DNA from: a virus
Taxonomy: Duplodnaviria; Caudoviricetes
DNA length: 46,825 bases
Virus record (IMG/VR): IMGVR_UViG_3300037045_000356
Coordinates: 1-46,825 of that record
Reading direction: 5' to 3' (one strand)
In this document: piece by piece, positions 35,369-43,971 of the stretch
Layout: each line of letters opens with the position of its first letter
Numbering within the stretch: the stretch's first letter is position 1
Translations under genes and position numbers: made by a program
Notes under the pieces: generated by a model
Seen by the model: only the letters and a program-made list of their open reading frames with translations
The model's database searches: none
Told to the model about the DNA's origin: nothing

Positions 35369-38076
35369 TTACTATTGGCGAACTAATTGTAAGAATTGGG
35401 GCTGATGCATCAGGCTTAGCCAGAGGTATAGAAAACTCGCAAAGAAGCTTGCAGAATATGGGAGAGAGAATGGAGCGCATTGGCAAGACGATGACAGCGG
35501 CCATTACCCTTCCCATCGCGGCAGCTGGCATAGCTGCATTTAAGTATGCATCGGATTTGAGTGAAAACATTAATAAAGCAGATGTTGCATTCAAAGAAAA
35601 CGCCAAAGAAGTTGAAGCTTGGAGCGGTACCACGCTGGAGAGCTTTGGCATAGCAAAAGTAACATCCCTTGATATGGCAGCTACTTTTGGAGACATGGCC
35701 ACCAGCATGGGTATTAACACAGCCAATGCAGCAACTATGAGTACATCGCTTGTCGGTTTAGCTGGCGACTTAGCTTCGTTTAAAAACATTAGAATTGATG
35801 TAGCTAATACAGCCCTAAATGGAGTTTTCACAGGGGAAACAGAATCCTTGAAACAGTTGGGAATAGTCATGACTCAGGCAAATTTAGATGAGTATGCCCT
35901 CAGTAAAGGCATTAAGATTAAGACTCAGGACATGAACCAGGCAAGCCAAGTGCAGTTACGGTATGCCTATATAATGGAGAAAACCACAAATGCACAGGGA
36001 GACTTTATCCGTACAGGTGGCGGGGCTGCTAACCAGATGAGGATATTTCAGGAGAGTATGAAAGAGCTTGGGGCAACAATAGGTACCAAGTTATTGCCAA
36101 TAATCACCCCGATAATAACAAAACTAAATCAATGGGTACAGGCTTTTGCTGGGTTAGATGAGCGATCACAAAAAATTATCCTGGTGGTTGCTGGTATAGC
36201 AGCGGCTATAGGTCCCGTTATACTTATTGTGGGGTCGCTTATCAGCGCAGTAAGTACAATTATAGGAGTATTCACAGCGGCATCCGCGGCTATAGCTGCA
36301 GCAGGAGGAGCCATTGCTATATTAACAGGGCCAATTGGAATAACAATTGCGGTTGTTGCAGGTCTAATTGCTGTCGGCGTTTTATTATACAAAAATTGGG
36401 ATATGGTAAAAATTAAGACACTGCAAGCATGGGGAGATATTAAGTCAGTTGTGCTGGGGAATGTATCTGCTTTAGTGGGTGGTATAGCAGTGTTGTTTGA
36501 TACTGTCGGACTTGATAATTATGCAGCTAAAGCCAGGGCGGCCCAAGCATCTCTTGCGGTATCGATTGACATGGAAAAAGAGCTACGCCACAGACGAGGC
36601 GTAGCAGAGTTATTCATAGGAACAAGTTCTTCTGTGTCAAAGGCTCCAGATATAGAGACCCCAAAAGCATTTGTACCCGACCTGTCAGGAATAACGGCTG
36701 CGGCAGATACTTCTAAAAAAGCTGCCGAGGATACCCGTACTGAGTGGGCAAAAACTGCTGACTTATTAGGCATTCAGTTGCAAGAAATAACCTCACAGTT
36801 TGAGGTTGCGGCCAATACTCAGAAAATGAGTGGTGATAAAGTAGCAGAATTTGCTGTGAAAACTGATGGATTAAATAAGCAAATGGAACTGCAGAAACAA
36901 ATTGTACAGGCAGTAAACAGTGATTATATTGTGGGCCTTAACAATGCCAAGTTAACCATTGAAGAAAAAGAAAAGCTACGGCTAAAAGTGGAACAGGAAC
37001 GCAAGGCCTTATCCGATCTGGAAGTTCAACAATATGATAACGTTCAAGCTCAAAAAGCTATGGCAAAGTCACTCTCAGACCTTTCTAGCAAAGTAGTTGA
37101 GGTTAGGGATAAGTTTAATAATGATATGGCTCAAGCTCTTGCTGACTATCAAAAGCAAGTTGCCACAGTTAATTCTAAACTCCTGACCGATGAGCAAAAT
37201 TTAACTCAAGCGTATGAAAGAACATTAAAGCAGCGAACAGATGCATTATCTAACTTTGTGGGTCTCTTTGATGCGGTGACTAGTAAATCTGTCACAGGTA
37301 ATCAGTTATTATCTAACCTGCAAGGACAGGTCGACACTTTTGGGCAATGGCAGGGGAACATTAATGCACTAGCGACAAAAGGGATCGATGAAGGATTATT
37401 GGCAGAACTTAGAGAGATGGGCCCGTCAGCGGCCTCAGAGATTGCAGCGCTTAATACATTAAGTGCTCCGGAACTAGCCCAATATGTTGCTCTTTGGCAA
37501 GAAAAATCAAACATGGCCAGGGCATCAGCTCAGGTAGAGTTGGAGAGTCAGAGGGTTGAAACCATAAATAAGATAGCTCAGCTCCGATCTGAGGCAGCAG
37601 TACAATTAGAAGCTTATAAGGTTGAATGGGAAAAGAAAAACGCTGAAATTAGGGCTAATACACAGAGGGAATTAGCTATAATTGCTAAAGAGTATGAAGA
37701 TATTACTGGTAAAAGCTTTTCTCAAGGTGCTTTATTGGTAAGTAACTTTGCAACCGGTATGGAATCTCAGTTTGATAGGTTACAATCAGCTATAAGTAAC
37801 ATGTATGCAATTGTTGGAGCTGGTGCTCCATCGGTTCAGGTATCTTCGGTTAGCAATGTCACAAGCATTCCTAAATTAGCATCAGGTACTAACAATGTTC
37901 CAGAAGATATGTTGGCCATAATTCACAAAGGAGAGGCGGTAGTACCGGCACCATATAATAAAGGTACAAGCGGTACCACAATAGGAGATATTTATGTTAC
38001 CGGCAGTAATGCAGATGAGATATGGGAAAAACTAAAACGGGAACTGACATCCAAAGGGGTGAAGATCAGTGCCTAG
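35365..38076 (+). CDS. Tape measure protein; probable ATA start at 35365
   Basis: TIGELIVRIGAD N-terminus upstream of the annotated TTG; helical/hydrophobic repeats; LASGT...IIHKGEAVVP C-terminus. Confidence 0.9.
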   Translation: MVTIGELIVRIGADASGLARGIENSQRSLQNMGERMERIGKTMTAAITLPIAAAGIAAFKYASDLSENINKADVAFKENAKEVEAWSGTTLESFGIAKVTSLDMAATFGDMATSMGINTANAATMSTSLVGLAGDLASFKNIRIDVANTALNGVFTGETESLKQLGIVMTQANLDEYALSKGIKIKTQDMNQASQVQLRYAYIMEKTTNAQGDFIRTGGGAANQMRIFQESMKELGATIGTKLLPIITPIITKLNQWVQAFAGLDERSQKIILVVAGIAAAIGPVILIVGSLISAVSTIIGVFTAASAAIAAAGGAIAILTGPIGITIAVVAGLIAVGVLLYKNWDMVKIKTLQAWGDIKSVVLGNVSALVGGIAVLFDTVGLDNYAAKARAAQASLAVSIDMEKELRHRRGVAELFIGTSSSVSKAPDIETPKAFVPDLSGITAAADTSKKAAEDTRTEWAKTADLLGIQLQEITSQFEVAANTQKMSGDKVAEFAVKTDGLNKQMELQKQIVQAVNSDYIVGLNNAKLTIEEKEKLRLKVEQERKALSDLEVQQYDNVQAQKAMAKSLSDLSSKVVEVRDKFNNDMAQALADYQKQVATVNSKLLTDEQNLTQAYERTLKQRTDALSNFVGLFDAVTSKSVTGNQLLSNLQGQVDTFGQWQGNINALATKGIDEGLLAELREMGPSAASEIAALNTLSAPELAQYVALWQEKSNMARASAQVELESQRVETINKIAQLRSEAAVQLEAYKVEWEKKNAEIRANTQRELAIIAKEYEDITGKSFSQGALLVSNFATGMESQFDRLQSAISNMYAIVGAGAPSVQVSSVSNVTSIPKLASGTNNVPEDMLAIIHKGEAVVPAPYNKGTSGTTIGDIYVTGSNADEIWEKLKRELTSKGVKISA

Positions 38077-39214
38077 AAAAATTACAATTGCAGGAGTCGA
38101 TAGAACCGCTGATGTGCTACTCAGCGGTTTTTCTATTACCCAGAACCTTACCTATCAAGAAGATACTTGTAGCTTAACTATCAAGTCAGGAACTAAACCC
38201 TCAACTGGTGACGAAATTGTTATCTTAGAAGGAACTACTAAATTATTTGGCGGTATTATTGACCAGGTAAAGGACCAGACAGCTAATAGCAATGTTCGCT
38301 ACCAATGTGAGGCCAGAGACTACACTTTTCATATGAATAAACGGCTGGTAGTAGAGTCTTACGAGTCAGGCCGGGAAGCTCTTTCGAGGGCGGATGAAAT
38401 ACTGGTGGATATAGTTACTCGGTATTGTACCGGATTTACAACTAAAAACGTGCAAACTACATCTCCTGAGGTTGATGCTATCTTGTTTGATTACATAGCC
38501 CCATCTGAATGTTTTAAGCAGCTTTGCGGTTATGTGGGATGGCAGTGGTATGTTGACTATGAGAGGGACATATGGTTTTTTAACCCGGCGGATCTAAATA
38601 AGCCTGCTCCCATGGTAATAAATGGTGCAGCCAGCTTTCGCAACTTTAATCATGATCTAGACATGCAGAATTTAAGGAACCGTGTCTATGTGAGGGGCGG
38701 CACCTACTTGTCGGACTTCGTTACATATGAATATAAAGCTGATGGGAAACAACGAGCCTGGATACTCCCCTATAAACCTCATAAATTGACTGTGAGTATT
38801 GGCGGGAGCGCTCCAATTACTCTCGGTATTGAAAACGTAGATGATGAGACAACGAAAACATGGATGATGAACTATGAGGAGAAGGTTGCTAGGTTGGCTT
38901 CCGGTGAGGCAGACATTGTTGCTGGCACCACTGTATCCTTTACTTTTAAATTTGATCTCGATGTAATTACTCTAGTAGATGATACTGAATCGCAAGCGGC
39001 TATCGCGGCTATTCAGGGTGGAGATGGAATTTACGAATATTCTCTGGTTGATGATACTCTGATCACGATCGAAGCAGCTGAGGCAGCTGGACAAGCCGAT
39101 CTGCGAGACAATGCTAATCCAATAGTAAAAGGTAGCTTTGATACTGAACATGTAATTAAGGAAACAACTTGGGCCGATCATAAAAAGATAACATGGGCAG
39201 ATATGAGGGGGTAG
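38069..39214 (+). CDS. Tail tip/hub protein, N-terminal part
   Basis: Follows the tape measure; LFGGII, WYVDYERDIWFF, NRVYVRGG. Confidence 0.75.
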   Translation: MPRKITIAGVDRTADVLLSGFSITQNLTYQEDTCSLTIKSGTKPSTGDEIVILEGTTKLFGGIIDQVKDQTANSNVRYQCEARDYTFHMNKRLVVESYESGREALSRADEILVDIVTRYCTGFTTKNVQTTSPEVDAILFDYIAPSECFKQLCGYVGWQWYVDYERDIWFFNPADLNKPAPMVINGAASFRNFNHDLDMQNLRNRVYVRGGTYLSDFVTYEYKADGKQRAWILPYKPHKLTVSIGGSAPITLGIENVDDETTKTWMMNYEEKVARLASGEADIVAGTTVSFTFKFDLDVITLVDDTESQAAIAAIQGGDGIYEYSLVDDTLITIEAAEAAGQADLRDNANPIVKGSFDTEHVIKETTWADHKKITWADMRG

Positions 39215-39218
39215 GACA

Positions 39219-39995
39219 GTGAGGTACAGTACGAATTACGGGCTATATTTACCTGATTATGTTGACGTGGCTGACATTGATAATATAAACGATAACATGG
39301 AGACTGTTGATACTTTACTAAAAGCATTAGCTGATGTTGATAGTGGATTGGCATCGACTGTTGCTACGCATTCAGCTAATACTACGACAGCACATGGGGC
39401 TGTATCTGCTGCTACTGCTAGTAAAATTATGATAAGGGACGCTGCTGGTCGGGCTAAGGTTGTGGGGGCTGCTGTAGCTAGTGATATTGCTATTTTGTCT
39501 GATGTGACCGGGAATGTTAATAATACCCCGACAGCGGGGGAGACTACCAAGGCTGCTAGTAGCAATTCAGTTGCTGTACATTTGGCTGATACTACGTCAG
39601 CACATGGGGCTGCAACAACAGCTACTTCTAATAAAATCGCTAGGCGGAATGCAGAAGGTAAATTATTGGCTATTAATAATCCTTATACCACGAATGGCGT
39701 ATGGGCAACTGATGAATATAAAATCGGTGCTAGTGTTGCAAGCGGGGGTACTTTGGTCAGCGATACGGCATTAAGTAATGGCCAATATTTATTATTTGTA
39801 GCATATCAAACAGGTGGCGATTCTGGCGATGTTGGTTTTTATAATCTAGGCAGATGGGGTACAACAGCTATTATTGACACTCTCGCCACCGCAACTAATA
39901 TAGCAATAAGTGTTAATGGTTCGTATAAAGTTGTGGCCACAAACAACACAGGAGGAGTCGCAACTATACAAATTATTTTAATAAAAATAATATAG
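39219..39995 (+). CDS. Tail fibre / receptor-binding protein
   Basis: TNYGLYLP...INDNMETVD fibre N-terminus; two H...AHG repeats. Confidence 0.75.
   Translation: MRYSTNYGLYLPDYVDVADIDNINDNMETVDTLLKALADVDSGLASTVATHSANTTTAHGAVSAATASKIMIRDAAGRAKVVGAAVASDIAILSDVTGNVNNTPTAGETTKAASSNSVAVHLADTTSAHGAATTATSNKIARRNAEGKLLAINNPYTTNGVWATDEYKIGASVASGGTLVSDTALSNGQYLLFVAYQTGGDSGDVGFYNLGRWGTTAIIDTLATATNIAISVNGSYKVVATNNTGGVATIQIILIKII
39363..39390 (+). repeat. dif-like site 3 (in-frame): GCTACGCATTC-AGCTAA-TACTACGACAG
   Basis: Matches the reverse complement of site 5 in both arms. Confidence 0.55.
39573..39600 (+). repeat. dif-like site 4 (in-frame): GCTGTACATTT-GGCTGA-TACTACGTCAG
   Basis: 210 bp after site 3; encodes AVHLADTTS. 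Confidence 0.5.
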
Positions 39996-40006
39996 GAGGT
40001 CAGAAC

Positions 40007-40231
40007 ATGCTTAAATATAGCATTGACAATGATTTTGTAACCAAATATAGCTTTGATGGTAAGCGAAAAACTCAGATAAAAATAGACAAAGAATCTGAGG
40101 AATATAAGGCTATAAAAATAGAAACCAATAATTTCACCGAAAATATGGATTTTCCCCCAACGGTAGAAGAAAAGTTACAATCAGATATTGATTATTTAGC
40201 AATTATGATGGGGGTGGATTTAAGTGTTTGA
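40007..40231 (+). CDS. Fibre-associated small protein
   Basis: PTVEEKLQSDIDYLAIMMGVDL C-terminus typical of genes preceding XkdX. Confidence 0.7.
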   Translation: MLKYSIDNDFVTKYSFDGKRKTQIKIDKESEEYKAIKIETNNFTENMDFPPTVEEKLQSDIDYLAIMMGVDLSV

Positions 40232-40367
40232 TAAGGTTAAAAATTATTATGATACTGGCTTATGGACACTACAAAGAGTCTGGAATGTCGTGGGAAAAAC
40301 AAATGGATTAACAGAGGCCGAATACCAGCAAATAACTGGTCTTGTCTATCCGGCTATGTCGCAGTAG
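40224..40367 (+). CDS. XkdX family protein (47 aa)
   Basis: FDKVKNYYDTGLW...LTEAEYQQITG. Confidence 0.85.
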   Translation: MFDKVKNYYDTGLWTLQRVWNVVGKTNGLTEAEYQQITGLVYPAMSQ

Positions 40368-40383
40368 ACAAATTATGCGCAGC
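40356..40383 (-). repeat. dif-like site 5 (inverted): GCTGCGCATAA-TTTGTC-TACTGCGACAT
   Basis: Left arm 10/11 identical to the E. coli dif XerC arm GGTGCGCATAA; overlaps the XkdX stop. Confidence 0.65.
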
Positions 40384-40402
40384 ATAGGAAGGAGGCATCA
40401 CA

Positions 40403-40771
40403 GTGGCAAGTTGGGGTAGTTTTTTACCTAACTATTGGAGTCCGGGACAATTAGTTAAAGTAGATCTTCCAGTTCAGGGATTAAGTAATAGTTTTGTGGT
40501 TCAAAAAGTCACAATTACACCGACTAGTGATACCCTCTGGACTTTTAAAATAGCTTATGGTGGTCGACTTATAGGCATAGCCGACTTTCTTAAGGCATTA
40601 GTCAGTTCTCAACAAAAGAAGAAGCTAAACGAAACCACGGTTCTGCATAAGTTTGTTTACGGAACTGACACTACTAATATAACAGATGTGATTTTAAGTA
40701 CCGCACGTACACCACCATGGATTTGTGGGGATGCAGATGCGATTTGCGGTTTTATTGTGTGTAGCACATAG
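40403..40771 (+). CDS. Probable C-terminal part of the split tail hub protein
   Basis: WSPGQLVKVDLP...VQKVTI beta-barrel motif; same frame as the 38069 gene; own AGGAGG RBS. Confidence 0.65.
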   Translation: MASWGSFLPNYWSPGQLVKVDLPVQGLSNSFVVQKVTITPTSDTLWTFKIAYGGRLIGIADFLKALVSSQQKKKLNETTVLHKFVYGTDTTNITDVILSTARTPPWICGDADAICGFIVCST

Positions 40772-40774
40772 GGG

Positions 40775-41242
40775 GTGAGCAGTATTAAAACTGAAAAAGA
40801 AGAAGCCATTCGCATATCTGGCGAGTGGCTTTTTTATTTAGATAAAAAGTTGATACTCAAAGACAAAAATCTATTAGTAACATCTGGACTAAATTATCTA
40901 GCCTCCCTGCTGGTTAATGAGAAATCAAACGATATGTCCGTTTATCTGGCCTACGGTACCGGCGTCACGCCCGCCGCCGATGGAGACACTACATTGGGAT
41001 CAGAATCAGGACGCAAAATAGTAAGCACTAAAACTAGATCGGGAGCCACGGCTCTTATTCGAAGCTTTTTTTTAGCAAGTGAAGCCAATGGAACATGGAG
41101 TGAATTTGGCCTGTTCTTAGCTGGCACGGAAGGGTTAAATAGTGGAACTTTATTAAATAGGATATTACCAATTGGAGGCATATTAAAATCAGCATCTACC
41201 GTGCTAACTATTGAAGTAAGAATTGTCTTTGCAGCTACATAG
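40775..41242 (+). CDS. Tail/baseplate structural protein
   Basis: NLLVTSG, AYGTG...DTTLGSE, EANGTWSEFGLF. Confidence 0.75.
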   Translation: MSSIKTEKEEAIRISGEWLFYLDKKLILKDKNLLVTSGLNYLASLLVNEKSNDMSVYLAYGTGVTPAADGDTTLGSESGRKIVSTKTRSGATALIRSFFLASEANGTWSEFGLFLAGTEGLNSGTLLNRILPIGGILKSASTVLTIEVRIVFAAT

Positions 41243-41254
41243 GAGGGGATCGTA

Positions 41255-41998
41255 TTGAACGCTTTTAAGGACGGAGTTACCACATTTAATGCTACTAACA
41301 TGAATGAACTGCTAGCATTACAGCCCTTCACATTGATTTATGAGGGCACTATATATGATTCTATGTCGGATGCAGGAACAACCGAATTAACTCCTGCCAC
41401 ATATAATTATGCAATTATGTTTAATACAGGCGGAGGAATAACCACTTTAGGTCGGATTGAATTGGACGTCGCCACAGATGGTTCAGGAGTCGATTTAACA
41501 ATAGAAATAAGAGGAAATAATTTTAATCCAAATGGATCGGCCGAGGGGACCCTGTTAAAAACCATAGTGGTACCAAAAGAATTTCTGCCGACATCACAGG
41601 CTTATTGGTCCATACCTATTAACGTTACCGGTCTGACTGCAGCAACCGTATACTGGATTATAGTTAAAAAGGCCGGGGACGCAACCAACCATATTCATTT
41701 ATATAGCAAAGGATCTGAAAAAGATACCGCCCACAAATGCTATAAGCGCAGTGGTACCAGTGGAGCATGGACAGACTTGTCCGACTCGATAAGGTTTAAG
41801 GTTTATGAGGGTACGGGTGGTGTGCCGATCCACGAGGTTTATGGCACTAATGGCTATGTAACGCTGGTATATTCGGCAGGAGTGGTGAGCAAGCAATGCT
41901 ACTATTTGCCCCCTTCTGATGGTTCAGCAGGGGGGATTCGCAAAATTATGACGATGGCGTACACAAGCGGATTACTTACGGGAGGGGCGGTGACGTAA
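41255..41998 (+). CDS. Tail structural protein
   Basis: Beta-rich; position in the tail operon. Confidence 0.7.
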   Translation: MNAFKDGVTTFNATNMNELLALQPFTLIYEGTIYDSMSDAGTTELTPATYNYAIMFNTGGGITTLGRIELDVATDGSGVDLTIEIRGNNFNPNGSAEGTLLKTIVVPKEFLPTSQAYWSIPINVTGLTAATVYWIIVKKAGDATNHIHLYSKGSEKDTAHKCYKRSGTSGAWTDLSDSIRFKVYEGTGGVPIHEVYGTNGYVTLVYSAGVVSKQCYYLPPSDGSAGGIRKIMTMAYTSGLLTGGAVT

Positions 41999-42396
41999 TG
42001 GGCATTATATCAGCAATTATAGGATGGTTACAACACCACTTAGGGCTAAGAACAGACACCGCCAGCGCAACAGGTAGTCTACACGCAAAAGTAAAAGAAG
42101 CTCGCGATACTATTCTGGGTAAGGACATTGTTAATTATGGTACGGCTATAAAAAGTATTCAGCGGGGCACTATTGCAATTGGTACTCCGCTGGTAAGCAA
42201 CACCGCCACTATCTCGGCGGTTAATACTGCAAAATCTGTGACTAATTGGCTTGGATATACAGTTTCTGATACGACTTATTCCGCGAGAGGCCATTACAGG
42301 CTGTGTTTAACAGATTCAACTACCGTTACAGCCACTAGGTCAGTTGCCGGAGCCGAAACGGTTACTATTAATTTTGAAGTTATTGAATATTACTAG
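41998..42396 (+). CDS. Short tail fibre-like protein
   Basis: GSLHAK, IKSIQRG...TISAVNTAKS, FEVIEY. Confidence 0.7.
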   Translation: MGIISAIIGWLQHHLGLRTDTASATGSLHAKVKEARDTILGKDIVNYGTAIKSIQRGTIAIGTPLVSNTATISAVNTAKSVTNWLGYTVSDTTYSARGHYRLCLTDSTTVTATRSVAGAETVTINFEVIEYY

Positions 42397-42407
42397 GAGG
42401 GTTGGCA

Positions 42408-42569
42408 ATGTATTATGCACAAGTTAATGCAGCAAATATTTGCTATTCGGTGGTCGAAACATCTGGGGCGTTAACACAAATAAACTGCATAATGATAGAT
42501 GTTTACGATGAATCGCTTTTAGGAAAATATTTTAACGCAGAATCAGGAGAGTTTGAAACGCCGACATAG
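42408..42569 (+). CDS. Small fibre chaperone-like protein (53 aa)
   Basis: AGGAGG RBS; YYAQVN...LLGKYFNAESGEF. Confidence 0.7.
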   Translation: MYYAQVNAANICYSVVETSGALTQINCIMIDVYDESLLGKYFNAESGEFETPT

Positions 42570-42599
42570 GCGTTATTTTTATGGGGAGGTAAATGCAAT

Positions 42600-43631
42600 A
42601 TGGAACTAATTAATAAAACTGGCTGGGAACCGTCTCCGGACGACGATCGAGACTATCCGCTGCGGGCGTTGCCGGTAAAGTTAGCGGCGCCCCCGATCAG
42701 GGCATCAATAGAGACCTTTGTGGAACCTATGGACAACCAACAGACCAAACCATGGTGTGTTTCTTTCAACGTATGCGATGCGATAGAGGATGCCCTGCGA
42801 ATGCGAGGGACAAAAATCCCCGTGGGAGGACTAAGCAAGGCATACCTATACGCCCGTTGCAAACAACTGGATGGGATACCCAACCAGGACGGCACCTTCA
42901 TCAGGACAGCGCTACAAATTGCAGCCACAGAAGGAATATGCCCTGATTATCTGTGCCCGACAGCCACCTACTTGCAGCAAGACGATCTCCCGGTGATCAC
43001 CTCAGAGATGCGGGCGGCAGCAGCCAACTACAAAATAACTGGGTACGCCAGACTAAAGGACGCAGCAGGATATGCCGACCAAATCCAAATGAAACAAGCG
43101 ATCGCAGCCGGGCAGTTTGTTATCATTGGTAGCTGGGTAGAGGAGGACAACTGGCTCGATGGGGACGACCTGATCTCGGAGCCCAAGGGCAGGATGCTGG
43201 GGGGCCATTGCACCCGACTGTTCGGATACGATAATGAGCAGCATCAAGCAGGATATGTTGGCCTTTACGACGGAGGCAATTCCTGGGGCCCCGAATGGGG
43301 CAACCGGGGTAAATATCACATGACATACAGCTATGTAGCGTGGCGCGATTTAAGCACGGGCACACCGGCGCTGCAGGAGGCCTGGACGTTCACGGTAGCC
43401 GGTGAGATTAGGGCCACAACCCGCGAAATGCCAGCGCCGATGCAGATCATCCCGCCTGGATACACCATGCTCCCCTTCCGGGGCATCTATGAAGCTTTGG
43501 AAGCTCCGGTTGACTGGTACACTAACTCGCAGGGCAAGGCCGTGGCCGTGGCTACCGTCGAGCTTAAGGACCGAACGGTGGTCATAGAGGCCACGCAGGA
43601 CAGCAATACACTCAGGGTATTTCGAACCTAG
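42600..43631 (+). CDS. Papain-like C1 cysteine peptidase with C-terminal copper-amine-oxidase-N-like (surface) domain
   Basis: Q...C (NQQTKPWCV), GGHC, NSWGPEWG catalytic motifs; TMLPFRGIYEAL. Confidence 0.85.
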   Translation: MELINKTGWEPSPDDDRDYPLRALPVKLAAPPIRASIETFVEPMDNQQTKPWCVSFNVCDAIEDALRMRGTKIPVGGLSKAYLYARCKQLDGIPNQDGTFIRTALQIAATEGICPDYLCPTATYLQQDDLPVITSEMRAAAANYKITGYARLKDAAGYADQIQMKQAIAAGQFVIIGSWVEEDNWLDGDDLISEPKGRMLGGHCTRLFGYDNEQHQAGYVGLYDGGNSWGPEWGNRGKYHMTYSYVAWRDLSTGTPALQEAWTFTVAGEIRATTREMPAPMQIIPPGYTMLPFRGIYEALEAPVDWYTNSQGKAVAVATVELKDRTVVIEATQDSNTLRVFRT

Positions 43632-43671
43632 CCGCCAGGGGGCGGTATTTTTTTGGGGAGGGGTGAGGGCA

Positions 43672-43959
43672 ATGAGCGGGGAAAATATGGCCCTTTTAGG
43701 GGCAATTGGGACAGTTTGCTCAATCTTATTCGGTTATATTGGCTATCAAAGTGGAGTAAAGAAAAATTGTGAAGAAGAAGGCAAAGAAAATGGCCAACTC
43801 AAGGCTGATATTGGGTATATCAAAAGAGGCGTGGATGATATACGGATAGATCTAAAAGCCCAGGAAAAAAGAGTCGGGGAGCTGTCAGAACGAGTTACAA
43901 GAGTTGAAGAATCAACGAAACAGGCTCATAAGCGCATTGATGAATTCAAGGATGTTTAA
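43672..43959 (+). CDS. Lysis-associated membrane/coiled-coil protein (holin-like)
   Basis: N-terminal TM helix; RVTRVEESTKQAHKRID. Confidence 0.7.
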   Translation: MSGENMALLGAIGTVCSILFGYIGYQSGVKKNCEEEGKENGQLKADIGYIKRGVDDIRIDLKAQEKRVGELSERVTRVEESTKQAHKRIDEFKDV

Positions 43960-43971
43960 GGGGGGAAGCAA

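Noticed and set aside
38069-42569. Diversity-generating retroelement or invertase shufflon in the tail region
   Set aside because: No reverse transcriptase or invertase; the fibre repeats do not differ specifically at adenines
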